Positions 28,497-39,356 of a stretch of DNA of 64,000 nucleotides are shown here, one piece after another. The notes beneath the pieces are model-generated. The model worked only from the letters and a program-made list of their open reading frames with translations, had not been told where the DNA came from and made no database searches. Location of the stretch: assembly GCA_965217035.1 (NCBI GenBank), contig OZ244226.1:1036146-1100145 (forward strand). The letters run 5' to 3'. The first letter of the stretch is position 1, and the number at the start of each line of letters is the position of its first letter. The stretch is from Bacteriovoracaceae bacterium (GTDB lineage: Bacteria; Bdellovibrionota; Bacteriovoracia; Bacteriovoracales; Bacteriovoracaceae). The translations under genes and the position numbers were made by a program.

Positions 28497-28928
28497 ATGA
28501 AGAGAAAAGTCCAAGTCGTTATTTTAACTGAAAGTCCTGAAAAAGAGCTTGAAGTCTTAATTCTCAAAACAAATAAAGAAAGAGGCGCCTTCTGGCAGAA
28601 CGTTACGGGCTCTGTTGATGGAAATGAAAGCTTTCAAGAAGCAGCCTATAGAGAGCTGACCGAAGAAACAGGCATTGATGTGCAAGCCGCTCAATCACAT
28701 GTGCAAGACCTTGATACTGAATTCTTCTTTGATGATCGTAAAAACCGAAAAGTTCAAGAGAAAGTCTACTTTTACCACGGCCCACGCTGGAATATACAAA
28801 TCTGCAATGAACACACAGAGTATGAGTGGTTAAAAGTAAATAAAGTCGATTCTTCTCGGTATAAATACCCCTCAAACTATCATGCTCTTGTTAAGTCCTT
28901 AGAGAAAATCTCTAAAGACAAAGAGTAA
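28497..28928 (+). CDS. NUDIX hydrolase, NudB-like
   Basis: FWQNVTGSVDGNESFQEAAYRELTEETG, EHTEYEW. Confidence 0.85.
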   Translation: MKRKVQVVILTESPEKELEVLILKTNKERGAFWQNVTGSVDGNESFQEAAYRELTEETGIDVQAAQSHVQDLDTEFFFDDRKNRKVQEKVYFYHGPRWNIQICNEHTEYEWLKVNKVDSSRYKYPSNYHALVKSLEKISKDKE

Positions 28929-28931
28929 TTC

Positions 28932-29300
28932 ATGAAAGGCTTTCACAAATCACTTCTTATAACACTTGGCTGTTTAAGTTTTATTCTTGGAATTATAGGT
29001 GCAGCACTCCCCGTGCTTCCAACAACCCCTTTTATGATTCTTGCTGCCTACCTTTTTTCGAAAAGTTCTCCGAGGTTACAACAGAAAATATTAAACATGC
29101 CTGCCTTTGGTCCCTTGGTCCAAGACTGGCATCACAATCGAGTCATAAAACCAAAAGCGAAGATTGCTTGCGTTCTTACTATCGCAATTGTCATGACAAG
29201 CAGTGGATATGCTGTTTATCCAAATTTTTGGTTAATTGGAATGCTTGCAGTGATTGGGTTAAGCGTTTCAACTTTTGTTCTCAAGCAAAAATCTTCCTGA
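28932..29300 (+). CDS. YbaN (DUF454) family membrane protein
   Basis: GIIGAALPVLPTTPFMILAAYLFSKSSPR. Confidence 0.9.
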   Translation: MKGFHKSLLITLGCLSFILGIIGAALPVLPTTPFMILAAYLFSKSSPRLQQKILNMPAFGPLVQDWHHNRVIKPKAKIACVLTIAIVMTSSGYAVYPNFWLIGMLAVIGLSVSTFVLKQKSS

Positions 29301-29856
29301 AGGTTAAGTTTACTCTTTCTTTTTTATGAGCTCGCTTAGGCAGAGAATGCTCCCAATGATGCTGAAGATTTTTTTCCATTAAAAGCAAATCACCAGACTC
29401 GAGCTCAATCTTAAATTCGATTTTAGTTTCCCCATACTTCCTGAAGCACATCTCTCTTGTTTCTCCCAAGCTTAATGAAGCGATCACTGGATCTTTTTTC
29501 AATTCAGGCTCATTATCTCGATGCCACCCCATTGAATCCTGTCCATCCCTATAATAGTTCAATAAACAGGAGTTAAAAGAATAAGAGAAACTCTCCTCCA
29601 GTCTCTCTTTTATATTAAAAACTTCTAAGTCCCAATCACCTGGGTTATAGAGATCTCCACTATATATATAAGAGGCTTCTGGATCTCCCATATAATAGAG
29701 AAGCCTTGGCTGCTTATAAATTCTCCCAAACATCTTAATATCTCGCTCAACCCAAGGAGTCTCTGCAAGTAAATAGCTCAATAAGGCAGTATCATTCTCT
29801 ATATATCTCTTATAGAGACGGATTCTTCCAGAATGGTTATCTAACACAACTTTCAT
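29281..29856 (-). CDS. AlkB-family 2OG-Fe(II) dioxygenase
   Basis: LLNYYRDGQDSMGWHRDNE, IASLSLG, WEHSLPK, RVNLTFR. Confidence 0.92.
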   Translation of the reverse strand: MKVVLDNHSGRIRLYKRYIENDTALLSYLLAETPWVERDIKMFGRIYKQPRLLYYMGDPEASYIYSGDLYNPGDWDLEVFNIKERLEESFSYSFNSCLLNYYRDGQDSMGWHRDNEPELKKDPVIASLSLGETREMCFRKYGETKIEFKIELESGDLLLMEKNLQHHWEHSLPKRAHKKERVNLTFRKIFA

Positions 29857-29868
29857 ATCTACAACTTA

Positions 29869-29974
29869 GGCTCAAATCATTTTGTTCTTCAAGTAGGCAA
29901 TGCTTCTGCAGCTGTATAAAGAAAAATACTGCAAAGGAGCATTAACAACCTTGAAGGGTAAAATGAGAAGAGCT
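29869..29974 (+). other. ~105-nt imperfect rod-like inverted repeat, possible structured RNA
   Basis: Nested pairings GGCTC/GAGCT, TCATTTT/AAAATGA, CTTCAAG/CTTGAAG, AATGCTTC/GGAGCATT, TGCAG/CTGCA. Confidence 0.5.
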
Positions 29975-30076
29975 CAGTCAATAGGTGAAATTCTTTCCCT
30001 CAAGTATTTCGTGCTAAAAAACTTTTTTCAAGGCTCCGTAGAGCATGCATAAGGTTAATCAACAGGGAGGATTTCT

Positions 30077-30313
30077 GTGAGCCAAATTATTAAAGCAAAA
30101 GCTAATTCTAGAATCGCTAAGGAAAGTGATGTTCTTTTTCAGCAACTTGGTAACCGTTGGTACATCTTTACAGAGCAAGACGGTGAAGTCATTTACTCGG
30201 TTATGCCTGAAGGAATGGATCCTAGAGAAACAAAGCTTGAGCTCTATGAAATTATCGAAGAGCACATGAGCAATGTAAGCAAAAGAACGAAGCTTACTGA
30301 CGCTGAACTATAA
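30077..30313 (+). CDS. Hypothetical protein
   Basis: Strong GGGAGG RBS, GTG start, 78 aa. Confidence 0.7.
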   Translation: MSQIIKAKANSRIAKESDVLFQQLGNRWYIFTEQDGEVIYSVMPEGMDPRETKLELYEIIEEHMSNVSKRTKLTDAEL

Positions 30314-30322
30314 GACAGTCAC

Positions 30323-30520
30323 ATGAGTGCACAAAGGAAGGTGAAGGAGCAGACTCCTTCCCGACCTAGAAGAAGACCACATGTCGATATGTGGGAAAAT
30401 CTAGATCGAAAACAAATAGAAAAAATAAAAGAACACATCCAAAGTGAACTTGAAGGAAATGAAGAACTTCAAAAGAAAGCCGCTCTTATTCTAGAGGACT
30501 GGCTCAAGAGCAATACCTGA
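30323..30520 (+). CDS. Hypothetical protein
   Basis: 65-aa ORF 9 bp downstream of the previous gene. Confidence 0.55.
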   Translation: MSAQRKVKEQTPSRPRRRPHVDMWENLDRKQIEKIKEHIQSELEGNEELQKKAALILEDWLKSNT

Positions 30521-30561
30521 CAAAACGACTCAACAGTAAACAAAAAAACACAACTTTTTAC

Positions 30562-30588
30562 TAAAGTGTTTTGATGCTCGACCGACTA
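30562..30588 (+). promoter_or_regulatory. Sigma28 (FliA) promoter of flagellin
   Basis: TAAA-N15-ACCGACTA versus consensus TAAA-N15-GCCGATAA. Confidence 0.7.
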
Positions 30589-30677
30589 AGTATGCAAGTT
30601 AATCATAAAGGTTTGCACGGTCGCGAACTTATTAAGCCAAACATTAAGGAGGATCTCATGCTTAGAGGAGATTAGAA

Positions 30678-31511
30678 ATGGGTTTCAGAATTAACACAAA
30701 CGTAGCGTCCCTTACTGCACAAAAAGAACTAGGGAAAACAACAAAACAGAGTAATGACTTAAGTGCAAAACTCAGTTCAGGTTCAAGGATTATTAAATCA
30801 GCTGACGATGCAGCTGGATTAGCAATCAGTGAAAAACTCCAATCACACATTCGAAGTGCTAGACAAGCCGATCGAAATGCGAATGATGGTATTTCAATGG
30901 TTCAAGTTGCTGAAGGTGCTCTTGGGGAAGTATCTAACATGCTTACAAGAATGCGAGAACTTTCAATCCAAGCTTCTTCGGACACAATTGGTGATCAAGA
31001 GAGATCTTTCACTGATATGGAATACCAACAACTTTCTTCGGAAATTCAAAGAATTTCAGAAGTAACAGAGTTCAATGGACATAAACTTCTTGATGGTTCA
31101 GGTTCAACTCTCGACTTCCAAGTTGGGATCAACAATGATGACTTTCAAGATAGAATCCAATTCGATACTTCTAAAATGGATACATCAGCATCAAACCTCG
31201 GAGTGGAAGGGAATTCAATCGATTCGAAATCTGGAGCACAAGACTCACTAAGCTCGATCGACAATGCAATTTCAAAAGTTGTCGAACAGCGAGCAACACT
31301 TGGAGCTATGCAGAACAGACTGCAAGTGACTTCAAACAATATTCAAAACTCAGTGGAAGGTATGTCACAAGCAAACTCTCGAATCAGAGACTTAGATTAT
31401 GCAGAAGCAAGTGCCGAGAATGCTCGTCTGAACATTCTTAAAAATGCAGGGACTTCAGTTCTTGCTCAGACTCAAACGAGTCAGCAAAATGCTTTACGAC
31501 TCCTAAGCTAA
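30678..31511 (+). CDS. fliC: Flagellin (short, 277 aa)
   Basis: RINTNVASL, LSSGSRI..ADDAAGLAISE, NANDGIS, RATLGAMQNRL, SRIRDLD. Confidence 0.96.
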   Translation: MGFRINTNVASLTAQKELGKTTKQSNDLSAKLSSGSRIIKSADDAAGLAISEKLQSHIRSARQADRNANDGISMVQVAEGALGEVSNMLTRMRELSIQASSDTIGDQERSFTDMEYQQLSSEIQRISEVTEFNGHKLLDGSGSTLDFQVGINNDDFQDRIQFDTSKMDTSASNLGVEGNSIDSKSGAQDSLSSIDNAISKVVEQRATLGAMQNRLQVTSNNIQNSVEGMSQANSRIRDLDYAEASAENARLNILKNAGTSVLAQTQTSQQNALRLLS

Positions 31512-31523
31512 TTAAATAGCCGT

Positions 31524-31584
31524 AGGTGCCATGTGAGAGTTATGATGTGTTAAGGCAACACATCGCAACAACAACATGGCGCCT
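31524..31584 (+). terminator. Long hairpin after flagellin (terminator or stability element)
   Basis: AGGTGCCATGT/ACATGGCGCCT outer stem, GATGTGTT/AACACATC inner stem, followed by TCTTCATTT. Confidence 0.5.
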
Positions 31585-31605
31585 TCTTCATTTCTGTGGT
31601 ATGCA

Positions 31606-32343
31606 ATGAGTCTCATGTATTTACCGCAGAAAGATCCTGATCATAGCTTTAAGCCCGATTTCCAATATAAACACGATAATCCCTATCACGAAAAATTAAA
31701 AATTTTTGATGAGTTTGTTCTTCGAGATAAAGAAGGTGAAGAACTTAAAGATGAGTGGGCAAAGAAATGTTTTGGAAATGAATCTCCTCTCGATGTTGAA
31801 ATAGGAACGGGCTATGGTCACTTCATGCAAGACTACTCTATCGATCATCCAGATAGAAACTTTGTTGGAATGGATTACCGATTTAAAAGAAGCTTTAACC
31901 TCGCAAAAAAATTAAGCAAAATGAGCAATAAAAACTTTCGTTACCTCCGAGCAAAAGGTGAAAGACTCTCTTTTTTATTTGCTGAAAACGAAATCGATAA
32001 ACTCTATTATTTCTTTCCTGATCCGTGGCCAAAAAGAAGACATCACAAAAAAAGATTGATTCAAGAGAACTTTCTTCGAACTGCCATCAAAACGATTAAG
32101 GTCGATGGTTATTTCATAATCAAGACCGATCATGATGGATACTTTGAATGGATGCTTAAAGTCTTTGAAAAGTTCGAAGGTGCTCATGGGAAGGAATTTG
32201 TAGAAGTCTTTAAGTCCTTTGATCTTTATAAATCAGGTAAAGATAACGTACTTTCTAAATACCAAACTAAATTTGAAAAAATATTCCTCAAAAAAGAAAT
32301 TCCAATCAAGGCACTTATCCTTCAATGCAAGTCAGTGAACTAA
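31606..32343 (+). CDS. trmB: tRNA (guanine-N7)-methyltransferase
   Basis: DVEIGTGYG, FPDPWPKRRHHKKRLI, KTDH, TKFE; exact start (31606 or 31615) uncertain. Confidence 0.93.
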   Translation: MSLMYLPQKDPDHSFKPDFQYKHDNPYHEKLKIFDEFVLRDKEGEELKDEWAKKCFGNESPLDVEIGTGYGHFMQDYSIDHPDRNFVGMDYRFKRSFNLAKKLSKMSNKNFRYLRAKGERLSFLFAENEIDKLYYFFPDPWPKRRHHKKRLIQENFLRTAIKTIKVDGYFIIKTDHDGYFEWMLKVFEKFEGAHGKEFVEVFKSFDLYKSGKDNVLSKYQTKFEKIFLKKEIPIKALILQCKSVN

Positions 32344-34238
32344 AAGAACATATTAAAAGCTTGCCGATCACCCAGATCGTTGGACGCTATATTAGCCTTA
32401 ATAAACGAGGAGCAAACCATGAAGGGATTTGTCCCTTTCATGATGACCATGATCCTTCTTTAAAGGTCAATGATAGTAAAGGACTCTTCAAATGTTTCGT
32501 CTGCGGAGAAGCTGGTGATGCTATTAGCTTTGTTGAAAAGTTCTCTCGCAAGAACTTTATCGAAGCTATTAAAGAGATTGGCGACAATTTAGGAATAGAA
32601 GTTGAGGATAATGAATCACAGAGAAGAAAGAAAAATCCTCGTTATGCGATGGGACTTCGAGTTCTTGCAAGTGTAGAGAAACTTTATTTTTCTTACGCCA
32701 CTAAAAATAACCCAAAAGCTTATACCAATTTTTTAAAGAATCGCGAGATACCAGAAAATATCCGAGATCGATTCATGCTTGGCTTTGCTCCTCCTGAAAA
32801 TATAGCAGTAAAATATTTAGAAAATATTCAAAAAGAACACCCTAAAGAAAAAATTATTGATATTGCTCTTGAAATTGGTGTTATAAAAAAAACAAAATAC
32901 GGACTCAGTGACACCTTCAGAAATAGGGTCATCTTTCCCATCTGGGATCATTCTGGCCAAGTGAGAGGCTTCGGATCCCGTGCTATAAGGGACGATCAGA
33001 TTCCCAAGTACTTAAATTCAAAGGAATCTTTTCTTTTCAATAAAAAGTTCCTGCTTTATGGATTCCATCTTGCAAAGAATACTATCAGGGACATGAAGTC
33101 CATCTTGCTCACGGAAGGGTACATGGATACGATAGCGTTAAATCAGGAAGATTTTACCAATTCTGTCGCGATCATGGGAATCGCACTTTCAGATCAAAAA
33201 GCACAACAAATTGCGAGTCAAGCGGCTAAGGTTTATCTTGCGTTCGACGAAGACGATGCAGGCTTTAAAGCAGGTGAAAGAGTCAATGAAAAGCTTTTAG
33301 CACTTGGAGTTCTTGCTAAAAAAATCGACCTTGCTCCTCATAATGATCCTGACGAATTCCTCAAAAAGTCTGGAAAGATTGAGTTTCTAAAAAGATTCGA
33401 AATAGCAAAAAACTTTGTCGATATTCAAATCGAAAGAGCAAGCTCAAAGAGTTTTGGCGACAACACTGACCTAAAACTCCAAGCCTTAGAAGAAATTTTC
33501 AAAATCCTTTCTCCTCTAAAAACAACAATGCCTGCCACTGAACGACTTCTTCCAGCCGCTCAAAAACTAGGTTTGACCTCTAGTTACGAGACTCTGCTAG
33601 AAAATTATAGAGATTTTTTGAAAAAAAATGCGCCCCCAAAACTCGTTCAGCCGGTCAAGAATCATGCCAGAACTGAAGAGATTCCCCTTATCAAGGAAAG
33701 AAATTTACCAAATCCCCCAAAAAACTCTCTTGAAACCCCAAAAGAAGAGACAAAGAGTGTTGAGATTGACTTAAAAATTGATCAATGGATCTTAAAGACG
33801 GCCTTGAATAACCCAATGATTTGCAGCGAGTCAAGATTTACAGAAATACTTGATTTTGCTAGAAATAATGAAACTAAAAGGTTTATTAGCGACTGGGGAG
33901 AACTTTCCAAAAATCAAGGCGACGGAATAAAAGAAAATTATTCTCAAAACGTTGTTGGTCTCATCAACGAACGAGAATTTACTGCGCATTTTAAGAATTT
34001 GGTTTTTTCATGTCTCTACAGCTCTGAACCTAAAACAAATAAAGATGATCTACCAAAGTTGATCGCTGATCTTGCTAAAAAGGTCGAGGTAGAAAATCTA
34101 AAAATGAGAAGAGTTGATCTTATGAATAGACGTTCCAACTTAATTGATAAAATCGAAATTGAAAGAATCGATATAGAAGTAATGGAGCTTAATAAACAAA
34201 TTCTTCTCGTTAAAAACCAAAAAGAAGTTCAAATTTAA
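32325..34238 (+). CDS. dnaG: DNA primase
   Basis: [14 protein letters not shown] zinc finger, [23 protein letters not shown]. Confidence 0.96.
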   Translation: MQVSELKEHIKSLPITQIVGRYISLNKRGANHEGICPFHDDHDPSLKVNDSKGLFKCFVCGEAGDAISFVEKFSRKNFIEAIKEIGDNLGIEVEDNESQRRKKNPRYAMGLRVLASVEKLYFSYATKNNPKAYTNFLKNREIPENIRDRFMLGFAPPENIAVKYLENIQKEHPKEKIIDIALEIGVIKKTKYGLSDTFRNRVIFPIWDHSGQVRGFGSRAIRDDQIPKYLNSKESFLFNKKFLLYGFHLAKNTIRDMKSILLTEGYMDTIALNQEDFTNSVAIMGIALSDQKAQQIASQAAKVYLAFDEDDAGFKAGERVNEKLLALGVLAKKIDLAPHNDPDEFLKKSGKIEFLKRFEIAKNFVDIQIERASSKSFGDNTDLKLQALEEIFKILSPLKTTMPATERLLPAAQKLGLTSSYETLLENYRDFLKKNAPPKLVQPVKNHARTEEIPLIKERNLPNPPKNSLETPKEETKSVEIDLKIDQWILKTALNNPMICSESRFTEILDFARNNETKRFISDWGELSKNQGDGIKENYSQNVVGLINEREFTAHFKNLVFSCLYSSEPKTNKDDLPKLIADLAKKVEVENLKMRRVDLMNRRSNLIDKIEIERIDIEVMELNKQILLVKNQKEVQI

Positions 34239-34249
34239 TAGAGGTATTC

Positions 34250-35995
34250 ATGGCCCAAGTAAAAACCTTTCTTGTCTCAAGAGATTTCAACAAGCTGATT
34301 ATGAAAGGAAAAGATCAATCTTTTCTAACTCCTGAAGACATCAATGATTGTATTCCCGCAAACATTATTCTTTCAGGAGAGATCGATAAAATTCTTGCGA
34401 AAATCGAAGACTCAAAAATCACGATTCAAGTCGCTTCAGAAGACGATGATGATGAGTCAACAGGACTATCTCAAACCGAACTTATCGAAGAAACTCTTTC
34501 TGCAGAAGAGAAAAAAGAACTCAAAAGCTCTTCAACTGACCCTGTTAAACTTTACCTTAAAAAGATGGGATCTGTTGCTCTCTTGACTCGTGAAGGAGAA
34601 GTTAAGATCGCGAAAGAAATTGAGGAAGGCGAAAAAGAAATCGTTCAAAGTTGTGTTTACTCAGCTCATGCTCTTGAAGAAATATCAAAGCTTAAAGATA
34701 AAGTTCTTGCCGCTGAAGAAGAGAATGAGTTTGTAAAAGATCTCGTTCGTGGTCTTGATGATGAATCGACTAAAGGTCAGATTGAAAAAGTGAAGAAAAC
34801 TATTTTCATTCTTTGCGATAAACTTGCAGATCTTCTAAAAGACATAGTTAACGAAGATGGAACTTTGAGAAAACTAACGAAAGCTCAAGAAAAAGATGTC
34901 CAGGAATTGGCAGATGATCTTGTTGAACTTACTTTTAATCGAAAAATTATCAATAGTTTTACTGAGCCGGTTAAATCTTATTATCTTCAGTTCAAAGAAC
35001 TCTACGGACAGCAAGATAGAATCTATAAATTCTTAGAAGTTACAACAGATACTGCTTATAGAGAGCTTTATAATAAAATTCTTGATGACGATGCCTTCAA
35101 AAGAAGACTCGCAAGAAAACTTTACACGACAGATAGTAAGGTTGAACAACTCATCAGGAATCAAGAAGACATTATCAGAAAACTCAAAAGACTTCAGATG
35201 ACAGCAGGAATGGCTTTTGAAGATATTGAAAATGTTTATGAAATTATCGTTAAAGGTGAAGAAAAAGCCGACAAAGCAAAAGCTCAGCTAGTAGAAGCGA
35301 ACCTTAGACTCGTAGTTTCTATTTCAAAGAAATACACGAACCGTGGCCTTCAATTCCTTGACTTAATTCAAGAAGGGAATATCGGTCTTATGAAGGCCGT
35401 TGATAAGTTTGAGTACCGTCGTGGTTATAAGTTCTCAACTTATGCGACTTGGTGGATCCGACAGGCTATTACCAGAGCAATTGCCGATCAAGGACGTACG
35501 ATTCGTATTCCTGTCCACATGATTGAAACAATTAACAAGCTTGCAAGAACCTCAAGGCAACTTGTTCAAGAGCTTGGTCGAGAGCCAACTCCTGAGGAGA
35601 TTGCGGAGCGAATGGATCTCTCCGTTGATAAAGTCAAAAAAGTCTTCAAGATATCGAAAGAACCAATCTCACTCGAAACTCCTATTGGAGAAGAAGAAGA
35701 TAGTTCACTTGGTGATTTCATTGAAGACAAAAAAATTATCTCCCCTCAAGATGCTGTTATGAGTGTTACGCTTTCGGAACAAACAAGATCAGTTCTTTCG
35801 ACTCTCACTCCAAGAGAGGAAAAAGTTTTAAGAATGCGATTTGGAATTGGTGAAAAATCAGATCATACTCTGGAAGAAGTTGGACAAGACTTCTTTGTTA
35901 CCAGAGAACGGATCAGACAGATTGAAGCTAAGGCCCTTAGAAAACTTCGCCATCCATCGCGAGCCAAACTTCTCAAATCGTATATCGATAACTAA
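34250..35995 (+). CDS. rpoD: Primary sigma factor RpoD
   Basis: [58 protein letters not shown]; follows dnaG. Confidence 0.97.
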   Translation: MAQVKTFLVSRDFNKLIMKGKDQSFLTPEDINDCIPANIILSGEIDKILAKIEDSKITIQVASEDDDDESTGLSQTELIEETLSAEEKKELKSSSTDPVKLYLKKMGSVALLTREGEVKIAKEIEEGEKEIVQSCVYSAHALEEISKLKDKVLAAEEENEFVKDLVRGLDDESTKGQIEKVKKTIFILCDKLADLLKDIVNEDGTLRKLTKAQEKDVQELADDLVELTFNRKIINSFTEPVKSYYLQFKELYGQQDRIYKFLEVTTDTAYRELYNKILDDDAFKRRLARKLYTTDSKVEQLIRNQEDIIRKLKRLQMTAGMAFEDIENVYEIIVKGEEKADKAKAQLVEANLRLVVSISKKYTNRGLQFLDLIQEGNIGLMKAVDKFEYRRGYKFSTYATWWIRQAITRAIADQGRTIRIPVHMIETINKLARTSRQLVQELGREPTPEEIAERMDLSVDKVKKVFKISKEPISLETPIGEEEDSSLGDFIEDKKIISPQDAVMSVTLSEQTRSVLSTLTPREEKVLRMRFGIGEKSDHTLEEVGQDFFVTRERIRQIEAKALRKLRHPSRAKLLKSYIDN

Positions 35996-36169
35996 AAAAC
36001 TGGCTCAAAAAGTCATCTTCTTCGTCGAAGGCTTGCTCGCTTGTGCGACTTACAAACAGCAAGCCTCCGCGACTCGCTTCACCTTCGAGTTAGCTACTTC
36101 TCTCGAAACACCACACCTTAGACTCTTGCCTTCGGTGTCTAGAATCTAATCTTTTTGATACAGTTTTTT
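35994..36169. repeat. MITE/REP-like non-coding element with terminal inverted repeats
   Basis: AAAAAACTGGCTCAAAAAG (35994-36012) / CTTTTTGATACAGTTTTTT (36151-36169), 17/19; GC-richer interior with GGCTTGCT/AGCAAGCC stem. Confidence 0.55.
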
Positions 36170-36263
36170 GTTTAAATCATCGCACTAGTTCTATGTTCAA
36201 AACTTTGATATAATAAACTTTTGGCTAAATTAATCTAGTTGATATCTTAAGTTAAGAGGTAAC

Positions 36264-39200
36264 GTGCGATCCGGACAAATCCCAAAAGTTATTGAAGAAG
36301 CAGCTCGCAAGCATTTTTCATGGCCTAATATTCAAAAAGGATTTCAACTTCTTCTCGACTCTCATGTTAAACCTAGTTTTTCCAAAGGGAGTTATTGGAA
36401 TAACTTCACTATTTCTGGACTCGTGCTTGAAAATAAAACATCGAATACACGAATCAGTCTTAGAGATAAAAAGCTAACGAGTCGGTGTAATTGCTCAAAT
36501 TGGACTGAAGACTCTCATTGCGAACATTCCGCTGCATTCTTTCTTCACTTTCTTATTGTTGAAGAAAAACTTCATGAATCTCATTCTGAAGGGGAAGTCG
36601 ATACCGTTTTCGATGAAAGTGCAATTGCTCCTCAACAATTTGGAAAGTACATCAAAGATTCGAGGAAACTTGTTGGAAGTAAAGGACAACATTATACTCA
36701 ACTGAAATTTAAACTCACAGATGGAGAAGTCGTTAACTTCCCTACTCCAAAAGACTGGAGTAACCAAGAACTTCGAATCACTTTAAAAACGAATAGTGGG
36801 AAAGTTCTTTCAAATGATGTTTTTGGTAATTTTCTTATTGAGTTTGAACTATTCGATCAAGAGATCTATTCAAAAATATCTATCCTGGAAAGTCAGTATC
36901 TTTTCAATTGGGAAACAGGAGAAGTTCTCGAAATCCCTCAAGATATAAAAAGCTTTATAAAAGATTTAGAAAAAAATAATTTCTACACTGATCCTTTTCT
37001 TATTTTAAGTCAGTCTCAAGAAATAAAAGAAAGAGTAAAAGTCTATCTCGACGAAAAACTCATTGAATCAACTCCTCAAAACTGTGAAATTCAATTTCTG
37101 ATAGAGGAAAGTACTCGTAAAAACTTTTACGAAATAAAGATGTTCTTAAAGGACGAAGATAAGAACCTTGAAATTCCTCTCTTCCTTTCAATTTTGATTA
37201 ATGATGGAGGATATTTAAAAGAATATTCTTCAAAGATTGAAATGAATAACTTTCTTGATGCTTATATGAAAAGAGAGAAAGACTACAAAAAGTTTAGCTA
37301 TACTGTAGGAAGGAGAGAAACCTTTCTTCAATATGTGGAACCTCTTTTCAAGGGAGATCAACTCTATTTTTATGAATCTCATAGAGAAAAGCTATATTCA
37401 CTGGATGGAGAGAAACTCTTTAAGGCCTTGCAAGTTCTCTATGAAGTTCTCAGTCCTTCTTCATTGAGAGGTGCGACCTTACTCCACCCCGAAAAAGATC
37501 ATCTTATTTTTTGGTCACCTATGAGATCGCTCGAAGATAAGCTTCCTTTACTTTTTCAAAGACTTGATGGAATTGAAGTTCTACTTTTCTTTAATAAAAA
37601 GAAAGTTCACCGCTGGAAAACAACAACATCAATCTCTAGGGATTACCAAGTAAAGAACTGGTTTGATATTTCTTTTGAACTGACTAAAGATGAAATCAAG
37701 TTAATAAAGTCTTTAAAGGATAAGAAATATACTTATATCGATGATGAGAAATTGATTCTTCTCACCAAGGAAGATCAAACTTATTTGCAACTCGTTCAAA
37801 AATATCTGCAAGAAGCGGGGTCAGAAGGACAATTAGCAGAGAATGGAAAAAGACGCTTTCACTTAAGTCTTAACCGTTGTCGGCTTTTTGATATTTATCA
37901 ACTTTATCATTCTTCTGGTTCTGACCTCTTAACTTCTGAAGAAGTTGAGATTTGCCAGAAACTTCTTAATATTGAAAGTTTGCCAGGTTATGATTTCCCC
38001 GTAGAAATTAATGGATCCCCACGTTCCTATCAAACTCAAGGGTATCAATGGCTAAGACTCTTACAAGAACTTCAGCTAGGTGCTTGTCTGGCTGACGATA
38101 TGGGTCTTGGTAAAACTTTTCAAACAATCAGCTTTCTAGAATCGATTAAGGGGTCGATGAAAAAAGTTCTTATTGTTTGTCCGGTTTCTATCTTAATGAA
38201 CTGGAAAAGTGAATTTGAAAAATTTTCAACGATCAGACCAACTCTCTATTATGCAGATCAAAGAGTCATTCCTGATGATTCTCAAGTCATTATTACGAGT
38301 TATGGAATTCTAAGAAAAGAAATTGATTCCACTCTCGGCAAATTTGATTGGGATATTGTTGTGATGGACGAAGTTCAAAAACTAAAAAATATGAAATCTA
38401 TCGGGGCTCAAGCTGCACGTAAACTCAAAGCTCAATTTCGTGTCTGTCTCACAGGTACACCCGTTGAAAATGATCTAACTGAATTTTATAATATTATTGA
38501 CCTTGCTGTTCCTGGAGTATGGGGAAACCTTCAAAATCTCAACTATTTTAAACGTAATAAAGATGCTCGTTTTATTGCAAGAGAAGTTGCTAAGCCTTTC
38601 ATTCTCAGGAGAACAAAATCTCAAGTCCTTACAGATCTTCCTGATAAACTCGAGCAAACTGTCTACTTAACTTTTCAATCCGATGAAAAAGTTAAATATA
38701 CGAAGACAATTGAAGAAATCAGAAATCGATTCGATATTAATACCAATTCGAAGAAGTATGGCCAAATCCTTAAGGATCTTCTGACATTAAGACAACTTTG
38801 TCTTTGGCAAGCTCAATCGAGTCAAACACTGTCGACAAAAATCGACTTTCTTCTTGATAATCTCGAGCAAGTTTTGGAAGAGAATCACCAAGCTTTGGTT
38901 TATTCACAGTTCACAAAATATCTCGATATTATTGAAGCTCGAATAAAAGAAAAAGGTTGGAAGTTTTCTCGTATTGATGGTTCCTACACTATCAATAAAA
39001 GACAAAAAGAAGTTGATGCCTTTCAATCTGGAGAGAAAAAAGTTTTTCTTATCAGTTTGAAAGCTGGAGGACTAGGCCTCAACCTTACTGCAGCCAATTT
39101 CGTTTTTATTATGGATCCATGGTGGAATCCAGCTGTTGAAAATCAAGCGATCGATAGAGCTCATCGAATTGGACAAAAGAAAAACATTACCGTTTATCGC

Positions 39201-39347
39201 CCTATTATTAAAGGTTCAGTAGAAGAAAAAGTAATAGAACTCCAAGAAAAGAAAAAAGAACTTTTTAAAGACTTACTTGGAAATGATGATCAAGCGGATT
39301 TTAGCGGAAAGCTCACCCTAGATGACTTCCGAATGATCTTGAGCTAA
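36264..39347 (+). CDS. SNF2-family helicase with N-terminal SWIM zinc finger
   Basis: CNC...CEH; LADDMGLGKT, DEVQ, LTGTPVEN, SLKAGGLGLNL, DPWWNPAVENQAIDRAHRIGQ. Confidence 0.93.
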   Translation: MRSGQIPKVIEEAARKHFSWPNIQKGFQLLLDSHVKPSFSKGSYWNNFTISGLVLENKTSNTRISLRDKKLTSRCNCSNWTEDSHCEHSAAFFLHFLIVEEKLHESHSEGEVDTVFDESAIAPQQFGKYIKDSRKLVGSKGQHYTQLKFKLTDGEVVNFPTPKDWSNQELRITLKTNSGKVLSNDVFGNFLIEFELFDQEIYSKISILESQYLFNWETGEVLEIPQDIKSFIKDLEKNNFYTDPFLILSQSQEIKERVKVYLDEKLIESTPQNCEIQFLIEESTRKNFYEIKMFLKDEDKNLEIPLFLSILINDGGYLKEYSSKIEMNNFLDAYMKREKDYKKFSYTVGRRETFLQYVEPLFKGDQLYFYESHREKLYSLDGEKLFKALQVLYEVLSPSSLRGATLLHPEKDHLIFWSPMRSLEDKLPLLFQRLDGIEVLLFFNKKKVHRWKTTTSISRDYQVKNWFDISFELTKDEIKLIKSLKDKKYTYIDDEKLILLTKEDQTYLQLVQKYLQEAGSEGQLAENGKRRFHLSLNRCRLFDIYQLYHSSGSDLLTSEEVEICQKLLNIESLPGYDFPVEINGSPRSYQTQGYQWLRLLQELQLGACLADDMGLGKTFQTISFLESIKGSMKKVLIVCPVSILMNWKSEFEKFSTIRPTLYYADQRVIPDDSQVIITSYGILRKEIDSTLGKFDWDIVVMDEVQKLKNMKSIGAQAARKLKAQFRVCLTGTPVENDLTEFYNIIDLAVPGVWGNLQNLNYFKRNKDARFIAREVAKPFILRRTKSQVLTDLPDKLEQTVYLTFQSDEKVKYTKTIEEIRNRFDINTNSKKYGQILKDLLTLRQLCLWQAQSSQTLSTKIDFLLDNLEQVLEENHQALVYSQFTKYLDIIEARIKEKGWKFSRIDGSYTINKRQKEVDAFQSGEKKVFLISLKAGGLGLNLTAANFVFIMDPWWNPAVENQAIDRAHRIGQKKNITVYRPIIKGSVEEKVIELQEKKKELFKDLLGNDDQADFSGKLTLDDFRMILS

Positions 39348-39356
39348 TATCTAGCT

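Noticed and set aside
29869..29974. SRP RNA or 6S RNA
   Set aside because: No SRP domain IV GGAA-tetraloop/AGCAG motif; too short for 6S and no large central bubble. Kept only as an unassigned structure.
35841..36149. 102-aa ORF overlapping the rpoD end
   Set aside because: Out-of-frame overlap with rpoD that reads into a structured repeat; no coding signal.
36264..39347. SNF2 helicase as part of an anti-phage system
   Set aside because: Stand-alone between rpoD and gmhA, with no methylase, nuclease or other defence partner nearby.
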